Source of the DNA: Vicugna vicugna
Lineage: Eukaryota
DNA length: 64,000 nucleotides
Direction of reading: 5' to 3'
NCBI GenBank assembly: GCA_013265495.1
Contig: MU058337.1
Location: 5,872,716 to 5,936,715, forward strand
In this document: piece by piece, positions 50,767-64,000 of the stretch
How positions within the stretch are numbered: position 1 is the stretch's first letter
How the letters are laid out: each line of letters starts with the position of its first letter
The notes under the pieces: model-generated
Databases searched by the model: none
What the model saw: the letters and a program-made list of their open reading frames with translations, nothing else
Told to the model about the DNA's origin: nothing
Program-made: the position numbers and the translations under genes

Positions 50767-52749
50767 CTGTTGTGACACCAAATAACACTGTTACCATGAA
50801 GAAAGACAGAAAACTGATCTCAAGTTCATTGCTGCATACAAAGCAGCAGCCATTTTAAACAGATGGCTCCCCAAACAACCTGTCATGTTTACTGCTCCCG
50901 CCATGAAAGACAGGGTCCAACGAGAGTCTTCTTAGCCATCTCTGGGGAGAGGTGAAGGACCCGGGCACAGCTGCCTCCGGGAACTGAGGTTTCAAGTGAT
51001 TTCCAGTAAGTAACAAACAGCCTTCCTACTCTAAACCTACCTGGACATGCTACATTTACTGCAATTAGACAAGTAACGCATATAAATTCCAGTGACATTT
51101 TGCAACCCACTCAACAGGGCTTGCATATAATATCCTCTCCAAGGACTAAGAAAGAACTTTTTCTGTATTAATTTTAATAAAGGACTATGCATTGTTATCT
51201 TAATTAAACAGAAGCCTTAATTAGGCCAAATTCTTTGGTGTTGAATATTAAAAGTTCATTTAAACTTTGCAAAGTTCTGTCACATTTTTGTCCATCATAA
51301 ATGACTAATTTCATCGTTCATGAAATTACCCAAAAAAGCCCATCTTTTATAACAGGTAATCTTAACAGAAAAATTGTAATATCCAAATAAATAAAAGTAA
51401 TTGAAAGAAAAAAATCAAAGCTAACTTAAAAGTACTATTCCTTATTTCTTCCTTTTTACTCACTCATTTCTTAACTCTTCAATATGAGAGGTAAGAAAAA
51501 CTAACAATTATTATAAGTCTACAGTAAACAACCTAACAAAGGGATATTTAAATCTGCTGAAGTTTCAAAATAAACCTGCAGCACAGCCAAGATACATGAT
51601 CCCTAACAACTTCCTCACTATTAATCTCTTAAAAAACACTCACTCGTTAAAATAAAAGACACACAGACTTATACTGTCTAGTGGAATACGTGTGTACCTA
51701 TATATTTAGATGTATGTGTTTTGGATAGGTGTTTATATGTGTGCATGTGAGAAGGGGATATATATCCCCTATAGTGTGGTCACTGAGTCTAAAAACAAAG
51801 ATAAACATATGTTATTGGCTATGTAATGAGACATTAGTAAGACATGTATCACGCACTTGCTTGTGTTCCTGGGCTCAGTGGCCTGCCTGTACACACAGTA
51901 CAATTCAGAAACAGGGAGAAAAAAAAAAACAAACGATGGCTTTGGAATCACACTGACTTAGGTCTCACCTGACACTGCTGTTTTATCAAGTTAAAGTTGT
52001 TTACTAAGCTGGAGTATTTATCCTCTCTGAGCTTCAGTTTCTAAACCGTAATACGGTAAAAATATCTATCCGAGAGGGTGCTATAAAGATTAAATAAATT
52101 AACATATAAAAGTCTCTACCAATATTTCTGTCTTGGTAGGTCCTAAATATTTTCTCTCTTCCCCTGTTTCTGGTAATTTTTCTGCCCTACCCTTAAATTA
52201 GTTTTAAAAATAAGATCAAATAATTATACTATCTCATATATTACTTACTATTAAAGTACTACATGACAAAGACCTGAGAAGCAGGACAGCTGTAGTTTTG
52301 ATTAAAGTAGCACTTACACATTTTTAAAGTAAGCCCCTTCTCCCAAAATTAAAAAACCTCCCTATGTACTGAAAGATTTCCAAAAAAAGATACCAACAGA
52401 TAGTTTTACATACATTAAATGCTAAAAATACTTTCTAAAACTGAAAACATGCCTTTAAGATGCTTCTAAATTTAAAAGTATATAAAAGCTCCATAATCAA
52501 GTATAAAAGTTTTGTTTTACTTGTTAAAAAAGTAAGTTAGAGATTGTAAAGAAAGACTCTGAATGACAGTCATTTAAAATCTGTATTTGATAATTGATTT
52601 CAAATCAATAGGGCTGACAGAATCAAATTACAACTGCCATCTTTAGGGCATATGAAGGGGAATTGAGAAAAGAACCTAAACTACTCAAATCATGCTAGAG
52701 GAGGAGCCAATCTGCTACACCCTGAAATAAACTATTTTTTGGAATGCTT

Positions 52750-54735
52750 GAACAAAATGTGGTCTATCCATACAATTGTGTGCTACTGGGCAATAAAAGG
52801 AATGAAATACTAATACATGCTACAACACAGATGAACCTTGAAGACATGCTAACTGCAAGAAGCCAGGCACAGAGAACTGCAAATTACTTAGCTCCATTTA
52901 CATGAAATGTCCAGAATAGAAAAATTCATGAGACAGAAAGCAAATCAGTGGCTGATCTGAGCCAGGAGTTGGGGTGAGAATGGATGTGAGGACTGAGGAG
53001 GGATAGCTGTGGGTAGTGGGCTTTCCTGGCATAAGCTTGTTCTAAAATTGATGGTGGTGATAGTCGCACAACTGCGAATATACTACAAGTCACTGAATTT
53101 AATGGGTAAATTATACGGTGTGTGAATTGTATTTCAATAAAGCTGTTAAAAAATAAGTAACAAATGAAAACAAGTGGCGGGGGGGAATTTTGCTTTTTCA
53201 AAAACCAGAAGCAGTACTTCATGATACATTAAAGAAGACCTAAAAAATGGAGATATATATCATGTCTATGAATTAGAAGAGTTTTAGTGTTATTAAAATA
53301 TAATTTCTCTCCCAAATTGAACTGTATATTCAATGTAATTCCAATCAAAATCACAGTACGCTTTGTTTTTTGGTAGAATTGACAAGTTGATTCTAAAAAT
53401 ATAGAGAGAAAAGCAAAGGATATAGAATAATTGAAGACAAACAAATTTGGAGAACTCACGCCACTTGATTTTAAGCCATAAAGCTATAGTAATCAAGATA
53501 CTGGTATAGGAACAGACATATTCATCAACAGAACAAAACTGACAGTTGGGATACCCACACAAAAATCACTAGATGATTTTCAAAAAATTGCTGAAATATT
53601 AAGTGGAGAAAGCATTCTTTGTCAACAAATGACACTAGAACAAATGAACATCCATATTTTAAAAATATGGGCCCTTACCCTATACCATTAAAAAAAATCA
53701 ACTCAAAACCATTAAAACTAAACGTAAAACCTAAAACTATAAAACTTCTGGAGGAAAACGTGAGAAAAAATCTTTATGACTCTGTGCCAGGCAAAAGGGT
53801 TTTAGGACACAAAAAATACAAATCTCACAAGAAAAAATAGATATATTATACTTCATCAAAATTATAAACTTCTGTGTGATAGACACTTTTAAGAAGAGTC
53901 AAGCCACAGGTTGTGAGAAAATATATCCAAAATAAGGGACAAGCATCCAAAATGTACAAAGAAATCATAAAGCAGTAAAAAAAACAACTCGTTTTTTTTA
54001 AATGGTCAAAAGATTTGAACAGACACTTCTCCAGAGAAGAGCGATGGATGACAAGCACACAGATTGATGTTCAACATTACTGAATGGTCATCAGGAAAAG
54101 GCAAATTAACACTACAAGGAAATAGTGCTACACTTGAGTGGCTAAAACTGAAAACAGTGGCAATACTGGGAGCTGGCAAAGATGCAACCGGAAGCCATCA
54201 GAGCAATCGGAAATTTCATACATTGCTAGTAGGAATGCAAAATAGTAGAACCACTTCAGAAAACTCCAGAGAACAGAGAAGACATGTACACACAAAGACC
54301 TACACATGAATGGTCACTGAAGCTTGTTTATTATAGAATATATATAGCAGAATGTTTACATCCTCCTCAAACTGGAAAAAACCCAAAAGTCCAAATGAAC
54401 TGATTAATGGATTAAAAAATATGGTAAATTCATACAATGACAAACTAATAGGCAATAAACAACTCAAAAACATTATGCTAAGTGAAAGAAGACTGACACA
54501 AAAGAGTATATACTGTATGATTCCATGTATATGATATTATATGGCAGGAATCAGATCAGTGGTTGGTGGGGACCAAGGGTAGAGGGGCATGAGGGAAACT
54601 TTTGGAGTGACAGAAATGTTCTACATGTGGTGATCACACAACTGTCTATATTTTTCAAAACTCAACCAAACCAAACAATTAAAAAGAGTAAACTGTATAT
54701 AGATTACACCTCAATGAATCTGACTCTTAAAAATG
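52750..54735 (+). mobile_element. Adjacent L1 remnants (3' end 52750-53155; degraded ORF2 plus 3' end 53200-54735)
   Basis: ORF 53619 translates KKINSKPLKLNVKPKTIKLLEENVRKNL (L1 ORF2); aaagatttgaacagacacttctccagagaaga. Confidence 0.9.
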
Positions 54736-55764
54736 AAAACATAAGGAAAAAATACATCTTTTCAAAAACTGAAAACAGTATTTTTTGAACTACCTTTGAT
54801 TTATTTTTCCTTCCTGATAAATTGATTTCTCTATCTCTATCCTCTGCCACTGGAAGAGTGGATGTAAATTTTAAACTCACAAGAGGGATAGAACAAAAGT
54901 TCCTTGGAGACAGAAACATGAAAATTAAACCACATGAAGGAAAGACAGAAAGAAGATGAAGAGACAGAGTCCCCCCATTTCTTCTTTTTCATAGATAGGC
55001 AGGGGGTCAGTGGAGAGAGATGGTACTCTGACCGGTATCAAGTACCTAAAAACTGCTGGGCTAGAGGTCTCCTTCTGGAACACAGGGGAGCCCGCGGGCC
55101 TCCAGGAAAGTCCAGTTTCATGGCATTCCTAACATGGTGTGGGAGTGACAGTACAGCACTGATGGAGGAACAGGCTGGAAAGATGACCCCAGTACATCAT
55201 AGCAGTGGGAATCCAGAAGTTTCTACCTGTCCTACTGAGATGATTAGAGAAGGCCTGGGTCAGGATAAAGACCACCTTGTACTGGGGACTCCATGACTGA
55301 AGACAAATAGTAACCAGGACTGTGGGTAGCAGAAGCCTCTTCAGTGGCAAATAGGATCAACAGTCACTGGTCCAGGTCCTCACAGCCTTGTAAGGACACT
55401 GTGGGTCTGAGTTCTCTGCCCATCTCAATTATGAGGCCAATCCAATCACACTCCCAAAGGCCCCTCTCACATGCACCTAGACTGCACACCTCACCGGAAG
55501 CTGGAGGAAGGGGAAGCAACCTGAAGTATTATAGTACCGGGATGAAACTGGTTAAACCAAAAGAGGCCAAGATCCTATTTATTAGCAAGTTTTTCTTCCC
55601 CCTCATCCCCTACTAAAGGTCACATGTAACAGATGAGAAACAAACTACATTTCCTGTACACCTGATAAGTAATGAGTATAAATTTGCAACTTCACCATAT
55701 AACTGAAAGGAGGAAGTTATCATAGCTCCATATCATAAACTATGAAATATACCTGCAAATTTTA

Positions 55765-55893
55765 TCATTTTTTTTTTCAGGGCAAAGTAATGAGGTTTAC
55801 TTTTTTTTTTTTTTTTGATGGAGGTACTGGGGATTAAGTCCAGGAGCTTGTGCATGCTAGGCATGCACTCTAGCACTAAGTTATTCCCTCCCC
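55765..55893 (-). mobile_element. tRNA-derived SINE (camelid type) with a 16-bp target-site duplication
   Basis: atggaggtactggggatt...ttattccctcccc; flanks atacctgcaaatttta (55749-55764) and atatctgcaaatttta (55897-55912). Confidence 0.9.
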
Positions 55894-56199
55894 ATCATAT
55901 CTGCAAATTTTAAATGAGAGATGAGAACATGCTGAAAGCCATCACATTGTTTATATCTAACTTTTTAGCCAAGGTGACTGAAGCAGCAGATACAGAATGT
56001 AAGTGGCATTTCATTATTATGACACTGAGAATCCAACATAAAGAACCACCCTATCTTTTTAATGCCAAAAACTAATGGGAAATGAAATCTAGGGCAAAGG
56101 AAGCAACAGACTGGGTGAGAGGGTATTAGGTAACAAGGCTGACAAGGAAGAGCTGCAGGCTGCCCATGCTTATACCCAGTCACGTACACTGCTGCAACA

Positions 56200-57330
56200 T
56201 AAAAAGTCATCAGAAACAATCAATACTGGGTCTTTGCATACAATCTGCAAAAAAATCCGTAAAAAGGAAAAAGTAAACTAAGAGCATATAACACAAGAAC
56301 TCCTCAAAGAAACACAGGAAAAGTTCAGATAAATAATTCTCCAAAGTCTCAAAGACAACCATAGGAAACGTGACCTTCTTTAAAAAAAAAAAAAAAAGCT
56401 CAAAGAAGAAAAACAAAGGTTCAAAGAAGAGATTATACAACAACAGAAGGAAATGAAAATCAAGCTGGTAGAACTTAGAAAAAAAAATGAAGAGAAAAAA
56501 GCATTATAGAGATAAAAGCCACATTAGAAAGCACCAAAAATAGAATAAATGTGACTAAAAAGAAAGAGAAGGACATAGAGAAATCACATGAAACAAAATG
56601 GAAAAGACCAACAATATAAAAACAATTTACAGAGAAGACAACAGATATGAAGGAGGGAGAAATGGGATCCAAAGTATATACAAAAGTCTTCTTCAAAAAC
56701 ACTTATAAAGAATGAAGAATAAAGATTAAAAGATATGATAGGGTAAAGCTTTTCAAAATAAATAAAACCTTGAATTTGTAAACTGCTGATGCTTATGGAA
56801 CTTTAAAAACAAAGACAGAATTATGCAGATATTTAGGCAAAAAGAAGAAATCATGCATAAGTAAGGGAAAAACTCAGATCAACCTAATTACTCAATAGCA
56901 GTCCTGATACAGAAGACCACACAGCAATGTGGTATAAGTACTAAAAAATAAAAAATAAAATGTTGCCCCCCAACATTTTTTATACCCAGCCGAGCTGTCC
57001 TTAAAGTGTATCATATAAATATAACCTGCACTATATGAGAACTTAGTCCCCCTTCTTTAAAAATGAGGCATCTCTTTACATACTGATAGGAAACTATACC
57101 CAAGAAAATAGAGAATATTATATATAATATGCTATCATTTATTAAGGAAAAAACCCTTTGAGTGTACATTTTAAATGCAGATTATCACTGGACAAATATG
57201 TAAGAGGAGCAGAGTGGCTGGGGGGCAAGGACGAAAAAGAAGCCTGCTTTTCACCACAAACCCACTCATATTTTTTGAACTTTGTATATATATAAAATTA
57301 TATATATATATTACATATTAAAAATTTTTT
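56200..57330 (+). mobile_element. Ancient L1 ORF1/HAL1-like remnant
   Basis: A-rich coiled-coil-like codons (56440-56680) and ttatacccagccgagctgtccttaaag (LYPAELSLK, like the ORF1 LYPAKLSF motif), with no recognisable ORF2 following. Confidence 0.55.
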
Positions 57331-60300
57331 AAGTGAGGAGCAATGTGAGTGCCTAATTCCTCTTTCTTTACAGCATACAATCAATACCTACTCTAGATCT
57401 TTCTCTCTAACAGCACACAGTAATTAGTACCTGTTCTTTTAAAACTTCATTTTGGCTAATAGAGCAATACTCATTTCAATTTCTCTGGTTGTAGATTTAC
57501 TGATGTCATCTACAACACCCAATCTTACAATTCACTTCAGACAATCTCTCTTTTTCAACTCTTTCTCATCTGAAAATAAGGGGGTTAAACCAGCAATGGT
57601 GAAGAGTTCTTCCAGGTCTCAAATTCTACTGTTTAATGGCTGCAAAGCCCTTTTGTTTAACATACATTTAGAGAGTTAATTTCAGATATGGCAAATTCCA
57701 GTATGAGATAAGGATTTTTGTTTTGCTCAAGTATCTGTTTGAGATTGGGAATTTTTAAGATCTTTCCTTTAGTAGACAATAAAAGCTAACAAATTAAGTC
57801 AAATTCAGGGTGAGGATAAAAAGAAAAATAGAACAAGAATGAAGTGACAAATGACATAATACTCTGGGGCTCAAATTAAATTTTGCACCTTTTAAGGCAG
57901 ACAATACTGTGGAACAGTTCTAGTACTATGAAAACACTAGAATATATATTAAAGTATTTTAAAACTCTGTATTTTAAATACAATCCAAAGACACAACATC
58001 TCTACTTAGAAACACTAACCCCCAAATAGAGATTTTATGTCTTTAGTTTAAACAGATTTAGGACTTGAGTGCACAAAGTTACATTATCATATGATACTGA
58101 CCCACACTCTTGGCAGATGATCTCCTCTTTTCTTTGTCAAAAGTGAAGCCATGAGACTTAAGTCCTGTTATTTTCATGTGTCATCAACCATCTTCTCTCC
58201 TTTACTGTCATACACACACTGGCTACTTCCCCTCTGCTTTCAAGCACATACAGGATTCCCACATGTTCATGGTCCATGCACTTGGCCCAGTAATGCCCTC
58301 CAGCTACCAAACTCTTTCTTTCTCTTTTCTCTGACAGGTTCTAGAACAAATGCTCTGTACCTCTTAGTACATGCCTTTCCCCTTAACCCTCTACAATCTG
58401 ACTGCTAAAACTGTACTCTGAAAGGTCACAACTCTTTTTAAGCAATTTTTTCACTCTCTTCTTAATCCTCATTATTCTTTCCTTCTTATCAGGCAGGAAG
58501 CCCTCTCTAAGGAGGTCATCTTTAGGCTAAGATCTGAAGAGTGAGTAGGAATTAACATGGTAGGTAGGGACATCCAGAGAGAATATCATGTAGAAAAAAA
58601 ACTCCCGAGGCAAGAAGAGCTTAGCTGATTTGAAACCAGTGTGCAGAAGACAGAAAACCAAGAGGAGCCTGCACCCAGAGAGTGTGCAGCAATGGGAAAC
58701 ACTAAAGGATTCCAACTGGAGAACGACATCATTAGCTTTTCATTTTTAAGAGATCATTCTGGCTACAGCTTGGAGAATACTCTAATGAAGCAAAAATAAA
58801 AATTACGGGGACCAGGTCTAGACGACTGGTAGTGGAGAGAAACAGGGCATCCAGGAGTATATAAACTGGGGAAGGAAAGTGTGAACACAGAGGTCAAGGC
58901 ATGAAACAGTCACTGAGGAAAAAGGAGAAGAGTGAGCTTTTCTGAAAGACAGCCAAACTGCCACACAGTGTTTGAAGCTCAGCTGCAGTGGGACATCGTG
59001 CACAGGTAATGGTATGGACCTGTCTTTGGTATGTGATTCTCTCCAGCAATACTCAGGTGTCTTGCTGGAGGTAGGCATAAAGAAAGTGAGAGGCTGAGTT
59101 CATTTGGGTTTGGGACTGATGGAAGAATGAAGGCATTAAAAAAGTTAAGGGTATTTGCAAGTGAATGACTATAATTACAGGACAGGGAATCCAAGCTGGA
59201 TAAATGACAGGAAAACAGGCATGGGATCCATGGATGGAGGGGAAAACATAAGAACTAATGGTTGTATTGAGTCAGAGAGACAGCCCATGAAGTGGCTGCT
59301 AGCCTTCAGCTGCAGGGGCAGTGATGCAGGTGAGGGAAACCTGAAGATTCCCAAGAGGAAGGGGAGGTGGTGATGTAGACCTGTGATGTGAGTTTCAAAG
59401 AACAAGGGTTTTACAGGAGGGAGGGGAACGGTGATCTAGAATAACATCAGGAGAAAAATAGTCCCAGCTCCCATCTCAGAGATGCATGTGGTAGGAGAGA
59501 AAATCTACCATCAGGCTTTTTTCTGTTAAAGCAAGTAAATGGTGGAACATTCAGAGAAAGGCTGAGAATCCAGGGGAGCTTGTTGATGACAAAGCCAGAG
59601 ATACAGAAGGCACAATGGAAAAGGCTGAGAGGAAGTGGAGAGATTACATCAAACAGTGTAGGAAATAGATTTAGGAGCAATAAATGACTGATGAGGCTTT
59701 CAAAACGCTCAGCTTCTCTCCATCAGCACCACTAGCACCTGACCCAAACCCGCTACCATCTCTCACCTGGACCACTGCAGTAGACCAGTCTTCCCACATA
59801 TATTCTCCCACATCTACAACTGGTTCTCCTCACCGTAAGCAGAATAATCATAGCTGATCATTTACAAAATCAGAGATAAAGGGGAAATAAAGACAATGTG
59901 ACAACATCCAAATGGAGGTCCTGTCTGCCTTTGCAAAGTGTAAACTCTAAACAAGCGTGTAATACTGCCATCCCAGTAAGGACATCATATATCACACCAT
60001 TCTATAATCATTTAAAGACTATATTCTATTTAAAATATTGACATTGTAAATTTGAATTAATGAGAGCAAGGCTATGGTGGGTGGAATTCATGAAATTCAT
60101 CTCAACATGCTCTATTTTCTGGTAACTTTCTCCCAGCTTAATCAAAGAGATCAGTTTAGTTGAAAACTATTCATAATAAGAATATTTATGATAGTTAAAA
60201 CAACATTTCAAAAACATGATTTCTTTCCTATTTTAAGAAAGCATTTTCTCATATATAACAATCTACCTGTAACTTTGTATTCCATTAAAAGCACTTAACT

Positions 60301-62339
60301 GCATTTGTGGTCGAAATTAATGTTGATGTTGAACATTTTCCATGAGTTGTTTGGAACATTTGATTTTCCTATCTACGTAATCATAAGGGAAAAAGAAAGT
60401 ACACACCCTAAATTAATTTGACATTTGAGAGAGATTACTTACATCCTTTACCATTAAAAAACAAAAAAAAGCACTTCCTCACAGATACCTCATGACACGG
60501 TGAAAGCTTCTATTGGAGTAGGCACCTGCTAAATAATTTTTTTCAACATTAGGAATGTAAAACTTACAAAACAAAATATTTGCCAAAAAAGCATTTCCAA
60601 AAATAATAAAAATTGGGGAAGATAAAGGCTGTAAGAAATGTTTTTGATTCACCATACAAGTCTTTTTTGTCATACACAAATTCTAAATTCTAAATGTTAA
60701 GATGATTAGCACTGCACAGAATTAAATCTAAGATAAAAATCAAGGTATCCCACTATATAAAAGACTGATCATATATCTTGCTTCTATTTCTGAAAACAGT
60801 ATGGAGGATTAAAAAAAATTGTTAGTCAAGCCACAACTAATTCTCCGAAAGAAGTAACTAGTTCCTGCTCCTTTAATAGTCTTTCAGAGTTTATCTTAAA
60901 AACAACCACTCTGCACAAAAAGTGGGAAAAAATCTACAGTTTTCCGATTGACTCTTAGGCTGCAAAGGATCCCAGAAAAAATATACTCCAACCCAACCCT
61001 CTCCTCTTTTTATTTCGTATATAAGGAAATTATACAGCCATATAAATTATGTGAGTTATGGAAACAATTAGCAAGCAATTCTCCTCAGAGTATTTCACTT
61101 AAATCCACATGTCAGGAGCAAAGGTAAAAAATGTCATCTAAATACTAAGATACAGCGCTTGTACACAGTAGCCACTCACTGTGTATTTTACCTTGAAAGA
61201 AAAGAAGACTGTTCTACAGGTAAAGATATTTATTGGTTCTTTTGGTTCTTACCACTTAACTACTGCTAAAAAAATATGACTATTACATTATATATCAAAT
61301 AGATGAGGTATGTCCACACTCCCTAGTAACAAAGGAATCTGTATGTCAAGCAGGGAACGTGGGATGTTTCCACCAGCTAACATCCCAGTTCACTGACTTC
61401 TATGTAAACTGCTGCTGCTATGTCCAACACAAACATACTTTTTAAAAAATTCTGAAAGTTAAGATATTGACAATAGAAGCACATAATTTTTCTATTACTT
61501 ACATCTAATAATTTTGCTAAGTTACTTGCCTCATCATTTATTTCTCAGGTAAATTATGAGGAAAAGAACTCAAACATTTGTATTCTATTATAATAATGAA
61601 TAATTCTTAACATTTTAATATGAACTATAATGGAGTCTTATTATCTTAACATAACATCAAAGAGTAGGTTTTCTTTATCCTGCTCTTCTGTTTACTAAAA
61701 TATTTCATTATTCCAAAACATAGGATATCTCTTGTGCCCGTCTAGAGGGAAATGAGACGTGTGTTTTCTGAAAACAAAAGGAGACAACCGTTTTGTGTAA
61801 GTTTCTTCTTTATCACTACATCACCTTGGAAACATCTTTTATATCTCTCCCAAATATATGTATAATAATGACAAAAAATCAAGAAGAATTAGACATAATG
61901 ATGGTGAAGATCTGTTAATCTGTCACAAGATTATATAAGTATGCATGTGTTATACATGTAATTAAATATATCTCAAAGGATGTGAATTGCAAAAACAAAC
62001 TTTAGGTACTAATCTACAATCAGCTAGGTTGACTAGTTTCTGTTTAATTATCGCCTCATTAATTGATCAGTAACAGCTTGGATTTCAGCTATATGGATTA
62101 AAAAAAAATCCTGCATTATTTTGCCCACAGTTTAATTATAGTTGTACTTTCTTCTGGATTGGTGTGATAAGGTCATTCTCTACAGATAATACTGTAAATT
62201 ATATCAGCTTAGTGAATAACTCTAGGTAGATGAGCTTAACAAAAGGAGCAACTGAAGCTGCCTTTACTTCTCCCACCAAATCTACTAAATCAGGGTGGAA
62301 TCCTGAGTTTTTCATGCAGCACTGTCGCCAACAATCAGA

Positions 62340-62495
62340 ACACCTGCATCTGAACCTCAGTGCCACAAGTTAACCAATTATTTATGTCTCTGTTTCTTCA
62401 TATGCAAAATCTATGCTCACAGAGCGGTTCTGAGGGGGGAAAGCCAAGCACTGAGAACAGTACCTGGCACATAGTAAGTCCTCAATAACTGCTAT
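62340..62495. mobile_element. MIR SINE
   Basis: tctctgtttcttcatatgcaaaat...agcactgagaacagtacctggcacatagtaagtcctcaataa. Confidence 0.8.
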
Positions 62496-64000
62496 TTGCT
62501 GGTCAGTGGTTCAACTTACTGATACTAAGTACTCTTCCCACAATAATGACAATCTCAATCTGTTTTTCTTCTTTTGCCAAGAGAGCTACTTTGCTTATTC
62601 CTCCACTTTTCTTGTTCTTCCATTAATATCTCCTCCATTATTTATCCTTTTAATTTCATCTGATTCCTATTAGCATTTATTTTGCTTTTCATATGTATTT
62701 CGCTACCACAGACGTCTCCCAGTAAAATTCTACTACCTAAGCTGGTGGTTCACCACTGCAGAACCCATGCATGACCAAAGGGGGCTGTAGACTTACACAG
62801 CAATGCCTCAGTCTTCCCTCCCCTAAATTCCCATACACTGCAATTGTGACATGCTATTTCCTAATCTCACCTATCTTACATAACAGCCATCTGCGACTGT
62901 CTAACTTCCTAGTACTATCCTTAGAAACCCGCAGTTTGCCCTAGTAGCCCATTTCTCCTGGCCAAAAACAAACATACCTAATATTCTGTTTTCTATGTTC
63001 CTACCTACCAAAGATTATTCAGCTACTTCTGTCCTCTTTCCTCAGCCTCTGCGGCCTTAAGTGACATTATTCCTAATAAGTATACTAAGATACTCATTAC
63101 CTCTTCTTATACTGCAATACCAGTGACATACATTTGATAGTTTTATGCTCGTATCTTAAAATTGTAGCAGCAAAATTCACTCCCCACAAAATTATTGTAC
63201 ATTGTACGTCCTTAAAACTTCTCGAGCTACAAATCTAATAAAAGAATGTTTTAAAAGAATGAACAATAAAATAACTTCTTCCTTTTCCTTTTTTCTTTCC
63301 TATCATGGTTTACACCAGTTTTTTTGATAAAGCTCAGATATAGGAATTGACACCCAAGACCTACTCATCAAATCCATTCAGTGACTAAGCTAACAATCAC
63401 CCTTTTACTCTGGAAGTATCAGTTATATCTCAAGGAAGACCCAGATAAAAATCTAACTACCCTTTAAATTGATCATAATAAATAAAGCACTTGCAAAGAG
63501 TCAATAAGGCAGCTAATCAGCTCTGTAAACCACTGGCATAATCTTACTGGTATGTAAGGTTAACGGAGTTAACCAACATTTCTTCATTGGTCCTAACAGG
63601 AAATGGGGAAAAGGTGCAATCAGTTTCTACCATTCTAATGAATGGCCTCAAAAGTATTTCTTTCTATGATGTTCCCTTTCAGTGAAATAATTTCAAATAG
63701 ACATAATAATTATAGCAATAGTACATCTTGTTCAGACTCCTCAGCTGTTGATCCTTTTGTCAGTAAAGAGTAAGTGTTACGATGTTTCATCGCCCTTCAA
63801 TACTCCAGCATGCATTCCAAAGTACAAGACAGCTCCCTGTACATAAGAATGGTACAATCAGCAAAATCAGGAAGTGAATACTGATCCAATGTTACTACTG
63901 AACCCACAAACCCTATTCAAATATTGCCATTTGCCCCAATAATGACCTTTATGGTATGTCTGAGATCTAATTTAGGTTCCTGAACTTAGTTGTCAAGTCT

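Larger units (their letters stand above)
50767..64000 (-). other. PCCA: PCCA intron upstream of the 99-bp exon (runs off the window end)
   Basis: Ends at CAG 50767-50769; no further PCCA exon recognised up to 64000. Confidence 0.8.

Noticed and set aside
50428..50781. 117-aa ORF read as a single-exon gene
   Set aside because: Only 50668-50766 matches PCCA and it is bounded by AG/GT; the remainder is intron read-through.
1..64000. CRISPR array, operon, rRNA or other prokaryote-type or novel multi-gene system
   Set aside because: No regularly spaced repeats, no gene-dense region and no long intact ORFs; everything recognisable is mammalian intron, exon or repeat.

Overview
Mammalian genomic DNA, probably camelid (alpaca or camel), inferred from four copies of a tRNA-derived SINE with the head GGGGAGGGTATAGCTCAGTGG. 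The window is almost entirely intronic sequence of PCCA (propionyl-CoA carboxylase alpha) on the minus strand. Only two short coding exons are present: 50668-50766 ([33 protein letters not shown]) and 31523-31576 (CLSREAGGNMSIQFLGTV), which correspond by recall to human exons 20 and 21. The rest is a patchwork of L1, L2, MIR, MaLR/ERV LTRs and hAT DNA-transposon fossils, plus repeat-poor stretches that may be regulatory. The best non-obvious observations are: a decayed, full-CDS processed pseudogene of MRPL47 lying antisense about 285 bp upstream of a PCCA splice acceptor; a roughly 2 kb Charlie/Buster-type hAT transposase fossil; a MER58/Cheshire-type element that retains a transposase fragment; an in-frame tandem splice acceptor; and a CpG-retaining, motif-dense candidate enhancer. 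I found no support for a new biological system. Apart from the PCCA exon and pseudogene/transposase remnants, the ORF-track entries look spurious. Repeat family names come from recalled consensus sequences, not a database search, and repeat boundaries are approximate.
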